Source: Bacillota bacterium
GTDB taxonomy: Bacteria > Bacillota > SHA-98 > UBA4971
Reading direction: 5' to 3'
Assembly: GCA_014360195.1 (NCBI GenBank)
Contig: JACIXY010000003.1
Location: 83,692 to 147,691 of the forward strand
Length of the DNA: 64,000 bases
Made by a program: the position numbers and the translations under genes. Positions 42,697 to 52,580 of this stretch are shown here, piece after piece. The notes under the pieces were generated by a model. That model saw only the letters and a program-made list of their open reading frames with translations, did no database searches and was not told the DNA's origin. Every line of letters starts with the position of its first letter. Within the stretch, counting starts at the first letter, position 1.

Positions 42697-43716
42697 TTAC
42701 TGCATGCCTAGAAGCTCGGATATGGTGGCAAACTGGTAACCGTTCTTGCGTGCTGCCTCAACGATGGCCGGAAGCGCTTTGTTCGTGACCTCCGCGGGGT
42801 GCATCAGGATGATCGCTCCGGGGGTCATCTTGCGTACTACCCGGTCGATCACCTTCTGCGGGTCGCTGGCCTTCCAATCTATCGTGTCGACGGTCCACAT
42901 GACCGTGGTGTAGCCAAGGGACGCAGCAGCCGACGTCACCGTCTGGTTGCACTCGCCGTACGGTGGAGCAAAGAGCTTGCTGGGCTTTGCTCCGAGCCTT
43001 CCAAGCAGGTCCTCGTTCCGCATGATGAGGTCGCGGATCTCGGCCTCGGGCATCCTGGCCACGTGGACGTGCTTCGCCCCGTGGTTTCCGATGTCGTGCC
43101 CTTCGTCCGCGAGAAGCTTCACGAACTCCGGACGCTTTTCCGCCCACTCGCCGTCAAGGAAGAACGTGGCCTTCACATTGTGAGCGCGGAGGGTCTCGAG
43201 CATGGCAGGGAGATGCTCCTCACCCCACGCCACGTTCACCGCAAGGGCCATGACCTTCTGGTCGGTCTCTACCCTGTAGACCGGGTTGAACAGCCTCCGC
43301 GTTATGGTCGGCATTACGGTCACCCTGGCAAGCTCGACCGCCTCGCCCGGCTTCGCCTGCATCACCCGGGCTATGGTGAGGTCCACGTCAACATCGATCC
43401 CCGGCTCCTCCGCTATGATCTCTCCGGTCTCCTTGAAGAACATGGCGTCTTTCGGGGAGACCCGTTCCCGCTCTGCCATGGCCTCGACGATACGTCGTAC
43501 CTCCTGAGACAACAGCCCTGCCACCTGCCTGCCTTCGAGAGTCACGCCGGGACGGACCCCATGGAAGACGCGTCTTACCTCGTCGAGGGACGAGACAAAG
43601 ACCGCAGTGAACACCATTACAAGAAGGGCGAACGCCGCAAGCAGTATGCCCTCCCTGCTTATCACGATGGCGGTCAAGCGCGCCTCGCGCTTTGGCATCA
43701 ACCTGTCCTTACGCAT
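42697..43716 (-). CDS. Polysaccharide deacetylase, YlxY/SwsB-like
   Basis: NVAWG, GNHGAKH, FAPPYG, WTVDTIDW, ILMHP. Confidence 0.85.
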   Translation of the reverse strand: MRKDRLMPKREARLTAIVISREGILLAAFALLVMVFTAVFVSSLDEVRRVFHGVRPGVTLEGRQVAGLLSQEVRRIVEAMAERERVSPKDAMFFKETGEIIAEEPGIDVDVDLTIARVMQAKPGEAVELARVTVMPTITRRLFNPVYRVETDQKVMALAVNVAWGEEHLPAMLETLRAHNVKATFFLDGEWAEKRPEFVKLLADEGHDIGNHGAKHVHVARMPEAEIRDLIMRNEDLLGRLGAKPSKLFAPPYGECNQTVTSAAASLGYTTVMWTVDTIDWKASDPQKVIDRVVRKMTPGAIILMHPAEVTNKALPAIVEAARKNGYQFATISELLGMQ

Positions 43717-44530
43717 CGATCGGAGACCTCCTCTCATGCCGCCCCGCATCTCCCGGTGGCTCTATCGGGCGCTGCTCCCCTGTGTGAGGGTGTATGTAGT
43801 ACCTTCCCTCCAGCAGGAGGCTGGAAAGAGGAACGATGGCGTAGCCCTGCTTCTTCAGCTCAGCTATGATGAGGGGCAGGGCTTCCACCGTGTGGGCGCC
43901 CGTCACGTGGAACCTCACGATGGCCCCTTTGTGAATCTTTCCAAGAATCCTGGCCTTCATGTCAGCCGCAGGCGCGCCCCGCCAGTCAAGCGAGTCTATG
44001 CTCCACACCACCGTCTCATAGCCGAGGTCCCTGGCGGTCTCGATGACCTTGTTGCTATACTCGCCGTACGGAGGACGGAACACCTTCGGCGCCCGTCCCG
44101 TCACCTCTTCGATAGTCTTGTGAGCCTTCTCCAGCTCCCGCTTGAGCTCGGATGCGAGAAGCGAGTTCGGGTGCGGTACAGAATAAGTGTAGTTCCCGAG
44201 GTCATGGCCACAAGAAACGATGTGCCGCGCCGCCAGCGGGTGGTCCGTGACCCACTTCCCCGAGAGAAAGAACGCCGCCCTGACATCGTGCTCCTTCAGT
44301 ACTCCGAGGATCTCCGTGGTCCGATCCCTGCCGAACCCGCCCTCGAACGTGAAGGCAACCTTATTGTCCGCCGTTGCAACGAAGTACACGGGCACGAGCC
44401 TGCCCGATACCGTGGCTATGACCGCCCTTGCCGCGCCGACGAGAGCAAGCTCGGCGGTGTGCACGAGGGCGAGCAGCACGACGGCTGCAATGACCAGGCG
44501 GTGCCAGTTTCGCCCTATGATAACGAGCAT
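43709..44530 (-). CDS. PdaB-like polysaccharide deacetylase with degenerate motifs
   Basis: FRPPYG and WSIDSLDW present; motif 1 reads TFEGG and motif 2 reads GNYTYS. Confidence 0.8.
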   Translation of the reverse strand: MLVIIGRNWHRLVIAAVVLLALVHTAELALVGAARAVIATVSGRLVPVYFVATADNKVAFTFEGGFGRDRTTEILGVLKEHDVRAAFFLSGKWVTDHPLAARHIVSCGHDLGNYTYSVPHPNSLLASELKRELEKAHKTIEEVTGRAPKVFRPPYGEYSNKVIETARDLGYETVVWSIDSLDWRGAPAADMKARILGKIHKGAIVRFHVTGAHTVEALPLIIAELKKQGYAIVPLSSLLLEGRYYIHPHTGEQRPIEPPGDAGRHERRSPIDA

Positions 44531-44777
44531 GGACCGCCCTCCCCGTGGACCGCATTCCGGTTATATGTATGCGGGCCCGGCACTCGGCATGCCTCGGGTT
44601 ACCGGGGCGGGTTTGGTCGATCCTCCACCCCGGCGCAGGGTGACGACGGGGCGCCGCAGGACAGGACGTGCACAAGTTCATCGCCGCTCCCGGCAAGAAG
44701 CGACGACGGGGGCGGGTCTGCCGCCCCCGCACGTGCTGTTGCGGCCATCAGTTGTGGTTACGTCGGCAGGCGACCGC

Positions 44778-45233
44778 TTACCTCGCGAAGTAGTGGTTGC
44801 CGATGACGGTGGTGATAGGGCGAGAGTAGATCCATGGGGACGTGACTCGGGCGGGATTATAGAAGTAGAGGGCGCCGTATGTGGGATCCCATCCGGACAG
44901 TGCGTCCTGGGCCGCCCGATAGGACTCCGGGTCCGGCGGCAGGTTGATCTGCCCGTCCATGACCGACGTGAACGCCCACGGCTCGTAGATCACCCCTGCT
45001 ATCGTCTTGGGGAACAGCGGGCTTTTCACCCTGTTCATGACGACCGCACCCACGGCAACCTTGCCCAGGTACGGCTCGCCTCTTGCCTCACCCGCTATGA
45101 GGTGGGCAAGAAGCTGGTAGTCGGATGACGCTGCGCTCGCGACATCGCCCGACGGCACGGGAAGATGCGCCGACGAGACGAGGAGCACGGCCAGAAGTCC
45201 AAGTGCCACAAGTCTGGTCTTGCCGTGTCTCAT
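44778..45233 (-). CDS. sleB: SleB-like cell wall hydrolase (catalytic domain only)
   Basis: GEARGEPYLGKVAVGAVVMNRV..FP, GALYFYNP, IGNHYF. Confidence 0.85.
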   Translation of the reverse strand: MRHGKTRLVALGLLAVLLVSSAHLPVPSGDVASAASSDYQLLAHLIAGEARGEPYLGKVAVGAVVMNRVKSPLFPKTIAGVIYEPWAFTSVMDGQINLPPDPESYRAAQDALSGWDPTYGALYFYNPARVTSPWIYSRPITTVIGNHYFAR

Positions 45234-45384
45234 GGCGTTACCTCCTTACCTGGTACTTTGTCGTAGCGCGCGAAGGCGCGCCGAGCGGGGCCGAACGACC
45301 CCGTTTATACGAACTCGTGAGCGGATCATAGCATACACGTGCAGGAAAGGACAACCGGAAGATCATGTTAAAGCAGATCCTGGG

Positions 45385-47613
45385 CTAACCGAGCCAGGCG
45401 CGCACGGTCGAGGCGACCTCCGCGGTGGTGCCTGTGAAGCACGTGACGCCGGCCGGGAGCGACGAGAGGAAGACCCTGCCGTACGGCTTCTCCACAAGCC
45501 TTCTATCGAGGACGACCACGACGCCCCTGTCTTCGCGGGACCTTATGAGCCTTCCGAATCCCTGGCGGAACCTCACCACCGCGCTGGGGAGGGCATACGA
45601 GTAGAACCCGCTGGCACCAGCCTTTTCCGCAGCCTCCACCTTCGCTTCGACCAGCGGGCTCGTGGGCACATGGAACGGCAGCTTGACCAGGATCACGCAT
45701 GAGAGCGCTTCGCCCGGCACGTCAACGCCTTGCCAGAAGCTGTCGGCCCCAAGGAGGACGCCAGGCTTCTCACGAAAGCGCGCTAGCATGAGATGGCGGG
45801 GCATGTCGCCCTGCCTGAGCACAGGAATCCCTGCCGCCTCAAGGCCGTCGCGAAGCGCCTCGTGGGTGCGATGGAGCATGTCCATGGACGTGAAGAGAAC
45901 GAACGCGCGTCCCTTCGATGCCAGCACGACGTCCATGATGGCCCGCGCGGCCGTGTCTACGAACCCCGGGTCCTGAGGCTGTGGAAGGTCGCAAGGCACA
46001 GCAAGCAGCGCCTGCCTTGAGAAATCGAAAGGCGAGTCAAAAATGAGCTCTATGGGTGGCTCGTCGAGGCCCGTAAGGCCGACCTCTTTTCTAAAGAACC
46101 CGAACTCGCCGCGCACGGTCATAGTGGCCGACGTGAACACGGCCGACTCCACCTGCGAGAACAAGCGCTCGGCAAGAATCGGCCCGACATCAAGGGGTGT
46201 CGCCACAAGCCCGACGTCATGTGGGGCTACCTCCGCCCAGTACACATACGCCTCGTCCGCCCGGCACATCACGAAATCAAGGGCCGTCGCCTCCGATGAG
46301 ATCCTTGCCGCCACGCCCTGGAGATCGGCCATCGCGCCCTGGAGGTCCTCATCGGCGTCGTCGCCGAGGTCCGCAAAGCTGTCGAGGATGGAGCCAAGGT
46401 CGCGGGCAACCTCACCCGCCCTGATGATCACCCGCTCCGCGCCTGGTGTGACCTCCTCCTGCCACACCGGGCTTGTGGTAAGCTGCCCCTTCAGCCTCAC
46501 GGCCCGCTGTCCGCTGCGCTCACGTTCGCCTTGGCGTTCGCGCTCCCGTTCACGTTCGCGTTGGCATTCGCGTTCATGCTGCTCGCCGTTGGAGCTCCCC
46601 TGCCCCATCGCCCGCACGAGCGAGTCGAAGAACCACTCGACGCTGTCTCGCAAACGTTTCACGCCTTCGGCAGCCGTATCCACCAGCCGCGCAATAGCGG
46701 CAACATCGCCTTCGGGCGCTCCTCCCGCACCCCGAAAGAGCCTCAGCCGGAGCGACGGAAGCAGCCCGCCCTCGCCACGCCGCTCCCGCTCGGTCCGGAC
46801 GAGGTCCTGGCAGGCCCTGCGCATCTGGCCAAGGCTCGCGCGGCGGCCGAGTCTCTCCGCCGCGACCTCCGGGGCGTTGTGCGCCTCATCAAAGATGACA
46901 TAACGGTAGTCCGGAAGCACCCGGGCGCCGGGCGCCCCGGGGAACGCCGTCCTGAGTGCGAGGTCGGAGAAGAGCAGGTGATGGTTGGTGACCAAGATGT
47001 CCGCCTCCTCCATCTCCGCCCTTGCCTTGGCAAAGTAGCAGAGCGACAGGTACGGACACTTGGCGCGCAGGCACGACATGGAGTCTGAGGCGATCCGATC
47101 CCAGAGCGCAGCGGGCACTACAGTTCGGAAGTCAGACCTCGAGCCCGTGGCGACCTTCGGTAGCTCTGCGAGGAGGGCTGCCAGTACCTCCCGCAGGGAC
47201 GGATCGGCCGACGTATCATCCGCCTCGTTCGCGACATATGCTAGCTTGCGTCGGCATATATAGTTCGCCCGTCCTTTGACAAGCGTGAAGCTAAATCGCA
47301 CACCGAGAGCCCGCGAGAGGTCGGGGAGATCCTTGTGGATGAGCTGCTCCTGGAGGTTTATCGTGTTTGTGGATACCACCACCTTCTCATTCCTTTCGCG
47401 TGCCCATAGCACGGCCGGAACCAGGTATGCCATGGACTTGCCGGTGCCCGTACCGCTTTCGATGACCGCGTGGCGGGACGTGGAAAAAGCCCTCCACACC
47501 GCAAGGGCCATTTCAACCTGGGACTGCCTGACCTCGTAGCCGTCGAACGCCCGCGCAAGCGGCCCGTCGGGCGCGAAGACGGCCGCGACGTCGTCCCTGC
47601 CAGATCGCGCCAT
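45385..47613 (-). CDS. dinG: DinG/YoaA-family helicase
   Basis: ESGTGTGKS, Fe-S cysteines, DEAH, TSAT, QGFGRLIR. Confidence 0.92.
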   Translation of the reverse strand: MARSGRDDVAAVFAPDGPLARAFDGYEVRQSQVEMALAVWRAFSTSRHAVIESGTGTGKSMAYLVPAVLWARERNEKVVVSTNTINLQEQLIHKDLPDLSRALGVRFSFTLVKGRANYICRRKLAYVANEADDTSADPSLREVLAALLAELPKVATGSRSDFRTVVPAALWDRIASDSMSCLRAKCPYLSLCYFAKARAEMEEADILVTNHHLLFSDLALRTAFPGAPGARVLPDYRYVIFDEAHNAPEVAAERLGRRASLGQMRRACQDLVRTERERRGEGGLLPSLRLRLFRGAGGAPEGDVAAIARLVDTAAEGVKRLRDSVEWFFDSLVRAMGQGSSNGEQHERECQRERERERERQGERERSGQRAVRLKGQLTTSPVWQEEVTPGAERVIIRAGEVARDLGSILDSFADLGDDADEDLQGAMADLQGVAARISSEATALDFVMCRADEAYVYWAEVAPHDVGLVATPLDVGPILAERLFSQVESAVFTSATMTVRGEFGFFRKEVGLTGLDEPPIELIFDSPFDFSRQALLAVPCDLPQPQDPGFVDTAARAIMDVVLASKGRAFVLFTSMDMLHRTHEALRDGLEAAGIPVLRQGDMPRHLMLARFREKPGVLLGADSFWQGVDVPGEALSCVILVKLPFHVPTSPLVEAKVEAAEKAGASGFYSYALPSAVVRFRQGFGRLIRSREDRGVVVVLDRRLVEKPYGRVFLSSLPAGVTCFTGTTAEVASTVRAWLG

Positions 47614-48495
47614 TTACCAGGTCACCGCCTCAGCTGAGATACGACGGAGTGCGGCGAGGTTGCGCGCGTCGTCGTCAAGAGTCCTATGGGGCGTCTCGAG
47701 GATGAACGGAAGATGCGCAAGCCTGCTGCAGCCGAGGATGGCACGAAAGCCGGCCTCGCCGATGCGGCCCTCGCCGATGTTAGCGTGGCGGTCAAGGTGC
47801 GACCCCAGGTCTCCCACCGAATCGTTCGCATGTACGAGCGCGAGGCTGTCCGCGCCCACGGTGGCCTCAACCTCATCAAGGACCCGTGATATGCCCTCCA
47901 TGGTCCGGACCTCGTAGCCCGCGGCAAAGACGTGGCAAGTGTCAAGGCATATGCCGAGCGGCACCCCGCGCGCCCGGTCCATTATATCCCTCTGTTCCTC
48001 GAAGGTTTTCCCGATCTCCGTGCCTGCTCCCGACACCATCTCCAGGAGAAGGCGCGGCCCGTCTCCTGCCTCGTTCGCGGCCGGGGGTCTGTGGCACGCT
48101 ATCTCGCACGCATCTACGATTGCCGCAGCGATCCTCGCTATGCCGGCCTCTTCCCCCGAGCCAAGGTGGCTGCCGGGGTGGAAAACGAGCATCTCGGCGC
48201 CGACCGCCTTCGCGAGCATGATGTCGTGGGCAAGCGCATCGCGTGACGCCTCATACGTTTCCTTCCTGGGAGACGCGAGGTTGAGGAGGTACGGCGCGTG
48301 GATGACCAGGGGACCGATGCCCGCAGCCGCAAGGCCCTCTCTGAAAAGCCGGGCTTCCTCCTCATTGACCGACCCTGCACGAAGGCTCCGCGGGCTTCGC
48401 GAGAACATCTGGATCGTGTCGCACCCGAGGGCGCGCGCGGCATCGAGAGCACTCATAAGCCCCCCGGCCCTGTTCACGTGGGCGCCGAACTTCAT
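47614..48495 (-). CDS. nfo: Endonuclease IV
   Basis: HAPYLLNL, HPGS, DTCH, HANDS, DRH, ETP. Confidence 0.95.
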   Translation of the reverse strand: MKFGAHVNRAGGLMSALDAARALGCDTIQMFSRSPRSLRAGSVNEEEARLFREGLAAAGIGPLVIHAPYLLNLASPRKETYEASRDALAHDIMLAKAVGAEMLVFHPGSHLGSGEEAGIARIAAAIVDACEIACHRPPAANEAGDGPRLLLEMVSGAGTEIGKTFEEQRDIMDRARGVPLGICLDTCHVFAAGYEVRTMEGISRVLDEVEATVGADSLALVHANDSVGDLGSHLDRHANIGEGRIGEAGFRAILGCSRLAHLPFILETPHRTLDDDARNLAALRRISAEAVTW

Positions 48496-48603
48496 AGCAC
48501 ACCACCCCAGTGGCAGGTATTCGCTGCTCGGAAGGGATTTCCTGCAACCGGGCAACTTGCACGGTTTCGGGCGGAACGAACCTGCCGTGCCCCGGGTCTC
48601 GGG

Positions 48604-49422
48604 CTACCTGCGTCCGAGGGCGTCGAGGAAACGAAGGAGCGGGTTTCGCTCGATGGCGGCCGTGATGGAATGGTGCTCAGCGTAGACGTGGACAAGACCC
48701 AGGACGAGGAGCGCCACCACCCTGACGGCAAGCGGGGTGGCGAGCACCAGCCAGTAGCCGAGGGCCGCTCCCAGGGGATTGCTCCCGGCGTCCCCGAGCA
48801 TGCTGCGCTCCGCGAGGTCGTCCCGTATCCCCGCGAGCGTGGCCCCGGCAAGGCCCACCGGGACGAGCGCGGGAGCGGGTAGACCGGTCGTTAGCACGAG
48901 CGCTGCGACGCCCGCCATGTATGCCTTGGCCGCACGGCCGGGCCGGAGGTCGAGGAGGTTCGAGAAATTCGCAGCGAGCGCCACGACCGCGGAATTCATG
49001 GCAAGGACGGGTACGGACAAAGCCGGCGCGGCCATGCGAACGGCGAGCGCCGCAAAGGTCAGGACGACGACGGCCTTGAGGATGCCCGTCGTGAGGATCC
49101 CTTTTTTGAAAAGCGCCGCCGCGTGACCGGCTATGCCCCGAGAATCGCCAGACCCAAAGAGATCATCCACGGCGCCAGCGAACATGGCGGCGTTCACGAC
49201 GAGAAGACATGGGGCGGAGAGGGCCGCGCCGCTGGCGCCGCCGAACCTCATAACGGCGCTGGATGCAAGCGTCGCTGAGATAACGAGGGGGATCCCCATT
49301 GACGCCGGAACGAGCCGCCCTGCGTAGTTGGGCCGGAGGTGGCCCGAGCGCTTCATCATGTCACGCGCGAGCGGGATGATGGCAAGGCCGAGCACACACG
49401 CGAGGACGAAACAGGCCACCAA
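48604..49422 (-). CDS. MraY/WecA-like polyprenyl-phosphate glycosyltransferase
   Basis: DD motif, NLLDLRPGRA, MLGDAGSN; multi-TM. Confidence 0.8.
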   Translation of the reverse strand: MVACFVLACVLGLAIIPLARDMMKRSGHLRPNYAGRLVPASMGIPLVISATLASSAVMRFGGASGAALSAPCLLVVNAAMFAGAVDDLFGSGDSRGIAGHAAALFKKGILTTGILKAVVVLTFAALAVRMAAPALSVPVLAMNSAVVALAANFSNLLDLRPGRAAKAYMAGVAALVLTTGLPAPALVPVGLAGATLAGIRDDLAERSMLGDAGSNPLGAALGYWLVLATPLAVRVVALLVLGLVHVYAEHHSITAAIERNPLLRFLDALGRR

Positions 49423-49431
49423 TGCCTCGCC

Positions 49432-50148
49432 TCACCTCCCTGCCCCGGTCCTCGGGAATTGTATGACGCGGCAGGCGAGAGCCCGTGCCACCCAGTACAG
49501 TTGCCGCCCTCTGTGAACGAACCCGGCGAAATCCCGGGCCGTCGCCCTGTGCGACATCTCGCAGTCAACCTCGACGATACGGTATCCGCGCCTTGCCGCG
49601 TCGATGGTGAGCGCGACCTCGACGCCGAACCCGCCCGCAAACGGCACAAGTCCGAGAACAACCTCGCGCCTCGCCGCCCGTTGCCCTGAAAGTGGGGCAG
49701 ACAGCCAGAGCCCACACAGGCACCTTATGCCGAGCCTGGCCACGGCTTTAACGATGCCAAATCCACCCACACCGGTTCCCCGGGGCCCCCGCGGGAACCT
49801 GGCGATGGCCACGTCCGCCTCGCCCCGCACGACCGGCGCGATAAGCCTCCCGACCTCGGATGCGGTCTCCGCCAGGTCGGCATCGAGGAAGACCACGACA
49901 TCCCCCGTAGCCCGCATCACGCCCTCGGTAAGCGCAGCGCCCTTGCCGGATCTGCGCCCCATGCGCACCACGCGCGCTCCCGCGGCCGCGGCCGCGGGAG
50001 CGGTCCCGTCGGTGGACCCATCGTCAACCACCAGCACCTCGCAGGGAAAACCGCTAGCCACGGCACCCGCCCTGGCGGCCCTCACCGTGGAGGCCACGGT
50101 GTGGCTCTCATTGTGTGCGGGAATGATCACGGAGACAGGGTAGCTCAT
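49432..50148 (-). CDS. GT2 glycosyltransferase
   Basis: IIPAHNE, VVDDGSTD, DAD, SGQRA. Confidence 0.9.
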   Translation of the reverse strand: MSYPVSVIIPAHNESHTVASTVRAARAGAVASGFPCEVLVVDDGSTDGTAPAAAAAGARVVRMGRRSGKGAALTEGVMRATGDVVVFLDADLAETASEVGRLIAPVVRGEADVAIARFPRGPRGTGVGGFGIVKAVARLGIRCLCGLWLSAPLSGQRAARREVVLGLVPFAGGFGVEVALTIDAARRGYRIVEVDCEMSHRATARDFAGFVHRGRQLYWVARALACRVIQFPRTGAGR

Positions 50149-51092
50149 CCAGGAGGCCCCCAGACGTCCGGCACCCGGGTTCCCGAGGTGTCCTTGATCC
50201 CGAAGTGGCCCTGTTGCCCGGCGAGGGCGTAAACCAGGGAGAGGCGACCAAGCGGGAGGTCGGCGCAATCAACAGTGGGAATCCCTTCCCGCTTGTAGTC
50301 CACAATGTGCGAGACCTTCACGTCCCACCTCTCCGCCCCGACGACGTCCACCCCGAGGCCCTTCAGGGCCCGCACGATCAGGATCCCTGCGCTGGCCGGG
50401 CTGAACGCCGGGTCGGGGCTGCCCACCACCACCACGACCGCATCCGCGCGCTCAATATCTCCGGCCTGCCCGGCATCTTCCGCCCCTTTAGGACCACTCG
50501 CACCATGCGCGGCCTTGCCGCCTGAGGCTGCATACCCCAGCGCGAAGAGGGTGTCAAGCAGGGGGTCAACGTCGCCGAGCACAACGTACAAGGCAAGCGC
50601 ACGGGCGGCCTCGCGCCCCACGGCCTCGGCCCCGGACACCGCCAGCCCCAGTGATGATGCGACCTCCCTTGCCTCTCGACCCGGCGCCGGGACAAGGCTC
50701 TTGTTGACGTAAACCACCCGCACCAGCCTCCCTCCTGCATCCTCGATGCTGCGCCCGATCCTCTCTACCCCTTCTGGGGACATCGCCTCCCGACACACGA
50801 CGATGGCCACGCGCCTCCCCGAAAGCTTGCCCCGGGTGAGCGACGCGACCACCATGTCTTCGAAGTCGAGCGACGCAGCAAGGGCCCGCTCCGAGGCGGC
50901 AAGCCTCGCGCCGAGGTCCTCCCTTTCGGCCTTGAGGCGGGCGAAGTCTTCCTCAAGCCGGTCGATCATCCGCTCCTGCCGCTCAACAAGGGCGCTGTCG
51001 GTCACCATCGCGCTACCGACCAGAATGCCCACGCCGAGCGCAAGGAACACGGCCACAAGGGAGGCCACGTGGTATTTCATATCGATCATCAC
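50145..51092 (-). CDS. SteB/MctB (DUF3186) family protein
   Basis: YHVASLVAVFLALGVGILVG, coiled coil, TVD...G.FG.K; follows steA. Confidence 0.85.
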   Translation of the reverse strand: MMIDMKYHVASLVAVFLALGVGILVGSAMVTDSALVERQERMIDRLEEDFARLKAEREDLGARLAASERALAASLDFEDMVVASLTRGKLSGRRVAIVVCREAMSPEGVERIGRSIEDAGGRLVRVVYVNKSLVPAPGREAREVASSLGLAVSGAEAVGREAARALALYVVLGDVDPLLDTLFALGYAASGGKAAHGASGPKGAEDAGQAGDIERADAVVVVVGSPDPAFSPASAGILIVRALKGLGVDVVGAERWDVKVSHIVDYKREGIPTVDCADLPLGRLSLVYALAGQQGHFGIKDTSGTRVPDVWGPPG

Positions 51093-51120
51093 AGCCGGGG
51101 CACCCCTTCCGGCTTAGCTG

Positions 51121-52245
51121 TCACAGCAGGCCTATATCCAGCTTGAGCCTGATAACCACAAGCCTCAGGATCTGCTTTGCGATGTCTGACTCGGCAGCTG
51201 CAAGGGCCAGGGGAACCAGCGCTGCGATGATGAGCAGGACAAGGTAGCCCGTCCTCATGCGCCCCCTGTAAAGCTTGCTCACGCCTTTCGCGTCCACGAG
51301 CAACGACCCTACCTTGAGGCGAGTCAGGAACGTGGACGCCATTCCGGGGCGACCCTTGTCGAGGAATTCCTCCACGCTGGTGTGCGCGCCGACGGCCACG
51401 ATGAGCTCGGCGCCGTTTTCGTAGGCGAGGAGCATCGCCAGGTCCTCGCTGGTGCCGGGAGCAGGACAGACAATGGCATCGAGGCCGAGGCGCCTGACCC
51501 GCTCGAGGCCAGGGGCTCTGCCGTCTGGGTAGGCATGGACCACAAGCTCGTTCCCGCGCCGCAACGCTTCATCGGAGACGCTGTCCATGTCGCCCACGAT
51601 GATGTCGGGGGAAAACCCGATCTCAAGGAGGGCGTCCGCGGCGCCGTCCACCGCAACGAGCGCGGGACGCACTTCCTCAATGTAAGACCTTATGGCGCGG
51701 AGGTCTTCCCTGTAATCCCTGCCCCGCACCACTACAAGCGCATGCCTCCCGGAAATCCTGGTGCGGAGCGGCGGAAAGGGGAGATTGCCGAGGATCGCCG
51801 ACTTTTCCCGCCGCGCATACTCGATGGTGTTCGAAACGAATGCGTCAAGCTCGCGCGCAAGACCCTGTCGCGCCCGCCCGAGTTCACGCTCGAGCGACGC
51901 CAGCGTCTGGACCCGCCCTGTGCTAACCACCTTTCCGCACTTTATTATGGCGTTCCCCTCTAGCTCGATGACGTCACCGTCTCGCACAAGGTCCATAACC
52001 TGGGGACCAACCTCGTCAAGGACGTAGATCCCGGCGCGGCACAGCGTGAGGGGGCCGGGGTTGGGGTACCTGCCGCTTATGGACTTGCGCGCGTTTACGA
52101 CAGCCCGCACCCCTGCTCCAACAAGGGACTCGCAAGCCACAAGGTCGATGTCTTCGTGGTCGACGACGGCGATCTCCCCCGGGCGCAGGCGCGGCAGAAG
52201 GTTTTTCGTCTTTCGGTCCACCCTGGCGACGCCCCTGTACCTCAC
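51121..52245 (-). CDS. steA: SteA-like protein (thiamine pyrophosphokinase-like domain)
   Basis: SISGRYPN.GP, VDGAAD, GDMDSVS, GMASTFLTRLKVG. Confidence 0.88.
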   Translation of the reverse strand: MRYRGVARVDRKTKNLLPRLRPGEIAVVDHEDIDLVACESLVGAGVRAVVNARKSISGRYPNPGPLTLCRAGIYVLDEVGPQVMDLVRDGDVIELEGNAIIKCGKVVSTGRVQTLASLERELGRARQGLARELDAFVSNTIEYARREKSAILGNLPFPPLRTRISGRHALVVVRGRDYREDLRAIRSYIEEVRPALVAVDGAADALLEIGFSPDIIVGDMDSVSDEALRRGNELVVHAYPDGRAPGLERVRRLGLDAIVCPAPGTSEDLAMLLAYENGAELIVAVGAHTSVEEFLDKGRPGMASTFLTRLKVGSLLVDAKGVSKLYRGRMRTGYLVLLIIAALVPLALAAAESDIAKQILRLVVIRLKLDIGLL

Positions 52246-52414
52246 GTGGACACCCTCCGCAAGGTCCCTGCTACCTCCTCCTCTCGTGCAATAGTATACT
52301 GAGCCCCGGAAAATATCATTCTATTCGAGGTGTCCACTGTCGCCCACCACGTATGTTTAGCTCCTTCGGTTTGTCATGTAGGCCACCAGATGCCTGCCAA
52401 CATTTCAGCCGCCT

Positions 52415-52506
52415 TGCCAACATCTGGTGGGTTGACGGTGTTGCACTCTCTCCTTGAGTCACCGGCAACCCCTCCCAAAAGTCGGAAGCATTTCTGCACT
52501 CTCACT
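52415..52506. mobile_element. MITE copy at the edge of the manC insert (left end uncertain)
   Basis: GCCAACATCTGGTG arm, short core, right arm ending CTCTCACT-TA-G. Confidence 0.78.
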
Positions 52507-52580
52507 TAGTCGCCAACGAGGTGTCGAACCACGGCCCACTGCTCCCGGTACTGGTGCGGGCGTACTTGCCGGAAGAAAAG

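Noticed and set aside
43607-44806. 399-aa + strand ORF
   Set aside because: Antisense to the deacetylase genes.
45385-47613. DinG as a type IV CRISPR or defence component
   Set aside because: Housekeeping context next to nfo; no csf genes or array.
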